Below are positions 61,401-64,000 of a stretch of DNA of 64,000 nucleotides, one piece after another. This stretch comes from Phoronis australis (taxonomy: Eukaryota; Animalia; Phoronida): NCBI GenBank assembly GCA_002633005.1, contig NMRA01000065.1, positions 1,097,276-1,161,275 on the forward strand, written 5' to 3'. Each line of letters begins with the position of its first letter. Position 1 is the first letter of the stretch. Both the position numbers and the translations under genes were made by a program. The notes beneath the pieces are model-generated. The model was not told the DNA's origin. It worked only from the letters and a program-made list of their open reading frames with translations, and searched no databases.

Positions 61401-63120
61401 CAAGCACAATCATCTTCTAGATTGTCATCAATACCTACAGGCCATGGCCTTAACACATCTGTTACACCTTCAATGTAAGTTTAACAGTGGTTATGGAGAT
61501 GTAAGGTTATATTAGCACTACAAGAGCTGCCATACCAAAGTATGTACACCATCCATTCTGGAGATCTGACTTGAGCACAGCATCAACTGTCACACAACCA
61601 ATGTGAGAACATCACTATCTGATCCTGAGATGGAACATCATCAGGTCATAGAATCAACAGATCTACCACAACATCACTATAAGTAGTATGTGTACCAATT
61701 TCTCTTGAGATGTAACCTCATCAGGTCATAGCATTGGCAAATCTGCCACACCATCACTATAAGTAGTATGTGCACCAATTTTTTATGAGATGTGACATCA
61801 CTAGGTCACATCACCAACAGAAATGTCACACCACCAACAAGTATACAAACTGTTCATGACCAGCGCTCCCCTATTCAAATTTCACTGCATTCTTTGGGGG
61901 TATTAAGATAACTGGATAAGAGCTGGTGTAGAGGAGTCCTAATAGCTCTGGCGTTGCTCACGGTGGTAATCACAGACACGCATCTTTGTTCCCTAATCCC
62001 AAAACAAAAGAAGTCATCAAAGTTCAGGTACTGTGGTAAGTGTCAACAGAAATCACAACCACGATAAGAAGCATTCAAGGTTCCCAGTTAGGAAACAGGT
62101 GCCGGTAGTGCCTAATGTCTTGAGGTCTGACATCACCAAGTCACAGTATCAACCGAAGTGTTACACCATCAATGTATGAGTACCGACAATTTCTTGAGAT
62201 GTACTATCACACAGCTGTCATAGCAACACTTGGAAAGCCACCACATTACCTGCTATACCAGCTATGCACAGCTAGCTTTAAAAAAAAACAAGTTATTTAC
62301 AATATACCAAGTCTTTGTGGGACCCCAGTGCAAGTAGTAGATAAAACAATTAAACAAACTTCAGTGTAAACAATCTGGTCAATGGCCAGGCTCATGTAAG
62401 CTCTCTATTCCCGGTTTTGAAAATGACAGAATTAAAAATGAAAATTAGCCAAAATTGTTGTATTAGGCTTCAGTTCTCTGATACCCATTTACGGATGCTT
62501 TCGAATCCTGGCACCAGACACTGAAAGAGCATATAAGAACGTTTAATGGACTAGATTGATATCTGAACAAACCTCAACTTAGCAACCACTGCCGCTTGTA
62601 GTTGAAACCTAACAAGAGGTTTTTGTAATATCTTCTATATAGTTGCCATCTTCTTCCAGAAACAAGCCTGAGCCAACTGTTACGCCAGCTTCCATCTCAA
62701 AAGGTATTTATTGTAAATTTTCAATGTTATATTTAGAATACGTAAAAGTCGCAAAAGTCACCAACCTTAACTTAAAATGGCAAAAAGGACCAAGTATTGT
62801 TAGTCTCCATGCAAGTATATCAATAGACCACTTGCATGTTTCCTAATTTAACAGGGGATTAGTGGAATCAAATTAGGCTGTTAGTTTTGCTGTGGAAATC
62901 CAGTATGAGGTCTGTGCAATAACAATTTTAGCATTATGAGGAAGGGTGGGACAAAATCAGCATTGTTTCTCATCTCGAAAAAGACGTGTTAGCATGGTAA
63001 ATATTAGTAAAACGTTAATCGATCATCCGTTTGATGTGCAGAGGCTGTAGCTGGTGGAGTGAGCGGTGCTGTTGTGGTTCTTTTGGTGCTGACAGCAGTC
63101 ATAGTCTTCTTGTATATCAG
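58388..63120 (+). CDS. Receptor gene 4 (3'-partial; tail exon outside the window)
   Basis: Exons 58388-58463, 59457-59795, 60628-60999, 61342-61474, 62660-62703, 63042-63120. Phases 1,1,1,2,1,2; open frame of 347 codons + 2 nt. Confidence 0.8.
59457..59795 (+). CDS. Gene 4 exon 2, SUEL-type lectin-like domain
   Basis: ttccag acceptor and GTAAGA donor. Eight Cys; FSLSC..KIYIVSATYS..CTARRLC..IKWICVP. The N-terminus resembles gene 3 (GYEVKTQARC vs GYQIKTSERC). Confidence 0.9.
60628..60999 (+). CDS. Gene 4 exon 3, CUB-like domain
   Basis: ctttcag acceptor and GTATGT donor. DMC..RGILQNTRYP..DCQCKL..NGRYTLLYQG. Confidence 0.85.
61342..61474 (+). CDS. Gene 4 exon 4, last Cys plus S/T stalk part 1
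   Basis: tttctag acceptor. Encodes AVNVTCG..STTQAQSSS. GTAAGT donor at 61475 in phase 2. Confidence 0.75.
61415..62250 (+). repeat. Degenerate 80-bp tandem repeat starting inside gene 4 exon 4
   Basis: GAGATG..CATCAGGTCATAG..ATCT.CCACA.CATCACTATAAGTAGTATGTG units begin at 61627, 61707 and 61787, with weaker units either side. Confidence 0.75.
62660..62703 (+). CDS. Gene 4 exon 5, 44-nt stalk mini-exon (NKPEPTVTPASISK)
   Basis: The cttccag acceptor gives the phase 2 required by exon 4, and the AAG|GTATTT donor restores phase 1 for the TM exon. Confidence 0.65.
63042..63120 (+). CDS. Gene 4 exon 6, transmembrane helix (EAVAGGVSGAVVVLLVLTAVIVFLYIR)
   Basis: tgcag acceptor, CAG|GTGGGT donor, phase 1-2. 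79 nt, the same length as the gene 1 TM exon. Confidence 0.9.
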
Positions 63121-64000
63121 GTGGGTTATTATGCAGTTGTCACTTACAGGGGTCTCTACACTTTGAGAACCAGTTCCATGCTTGTTGTTCAGTGAGGAAT
63201 ACTGGGTCTCAAAATGCAAGACTGTAAGTCGTGACAATTGCCAATCATATTCACATTGGATTATTTCTGTGCTAGTCACCATAAATCTAGGGCTCTTCAT
63301 GAATTCATAACCATTAGAAATTTCAAATAATAAAATTTGAAGAAACTATTGCGGCATTCTTAGTCTTTTTAATGGAGAAGTGGTTTTAGTCAGGCCCATT
63401 AGCACTTCAAAATCTCAACTTTTGAAAACTAAGGAAATTCAACATATCAACATTAAAACTTAAGAGAATTGTAGCACTTCTTCAGTTTTCCAAGGAGTCA
63501 CGAGTGTTATGATTTTACTAAACTGGAGTTTTCAGAATATTATTTTGAATGTAACCAACATCTGAGTGTTCTCCACAACTTAAAACCGGACTGTTGAAGT
63601 GTGTGACCAACAACGAACATGATATATTGCCCACCCCCTACTTTTGAACATTTCTGAATAAAGTGCCGACTGTTCAGCTAAGTGCGTACCCTCTACTTTT
63701 GACAACTTTCAATTAAGCACTCACTCCCAGGATTGGCACCCAACTGTAACTTGTATCACACAACTAATTCTCAAAACAAGAAGGCATCCTTTCAAATGAG
63801 GAAATCTGATGAAATGCAATTTCAAAGCTGATACAAACCCATATCCTGAGGCTGCGAAAACAAATTTTAATATAGATGAGTTGCTGTTATAAAATTGGTC
63901 TCAAGCTGTCCCTCACATTCGAAGCAGTTGATGGACAGACCTGGGGTTCAGGTAGTGAATTCCCAGCCAATTTATTTCATCAGTTAAACAAGATCTTAAG

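Noticed and set aside
14936-63120. Naming the genes as latrophilin, EVA-1 or a classical rhamnose-binding lectin
   Set aside because: There is no GAIN/7TM region, only one SUEL domain followed by a CUB-like domain, and the DPC/KYL motifs are absent, so no gene symbol is justified.

Overview
AT-rich, intron-containing animal (invertebrate-type) genomic DNA with one assembly gap (13933-14544). The main content is a tandem, same-strand (+) cluster of four highly diverged paralogous type I single-pass receptor genes, which I assembled by hand from GT/AG splice sites and intron phases. The ORF track misses all of their signal-peptide and transmembrane exons. Each gene encodes signal peptide / 8-cysteine SUEL-type (Gal_Lectin, rhamnose-binding-lectin fold) domain / CUB-like domain / Ser-Thr-rich stalk / TM helix / long Tyr-rich cytoplasmic tail. 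Gene 1 spans 14936-34925 (504 aa), gene 2 41470-45533 (506 aa) and gene 3 48042-55796 (about 652 aa). Gene 4 starts at 58388 and its tail exon lies beyond the window. The tails carry different motif sets: a canonical ITAM plus NPxY in gene 3, several YxxV plus NxxY motifs in gene 1, and acidic tyrosines plus a C-terminal PDZ-type motif in gene 2. This suggests a paired activating/inhibitory recognition-receptor cluster (inference). The rest of the window is transposon debris (Penelope-like with a minimal hammerhead, L1/Tx1 and RTE-X-like LINEs, Helitron, Helentron-like, Harbinger-, Tc1/mariner- and Kolobok-type non-autonomous elements, tRNA-derived repeats), tandem repeats and hairpins. No database searches were run; domain and family names come from motif recognition.
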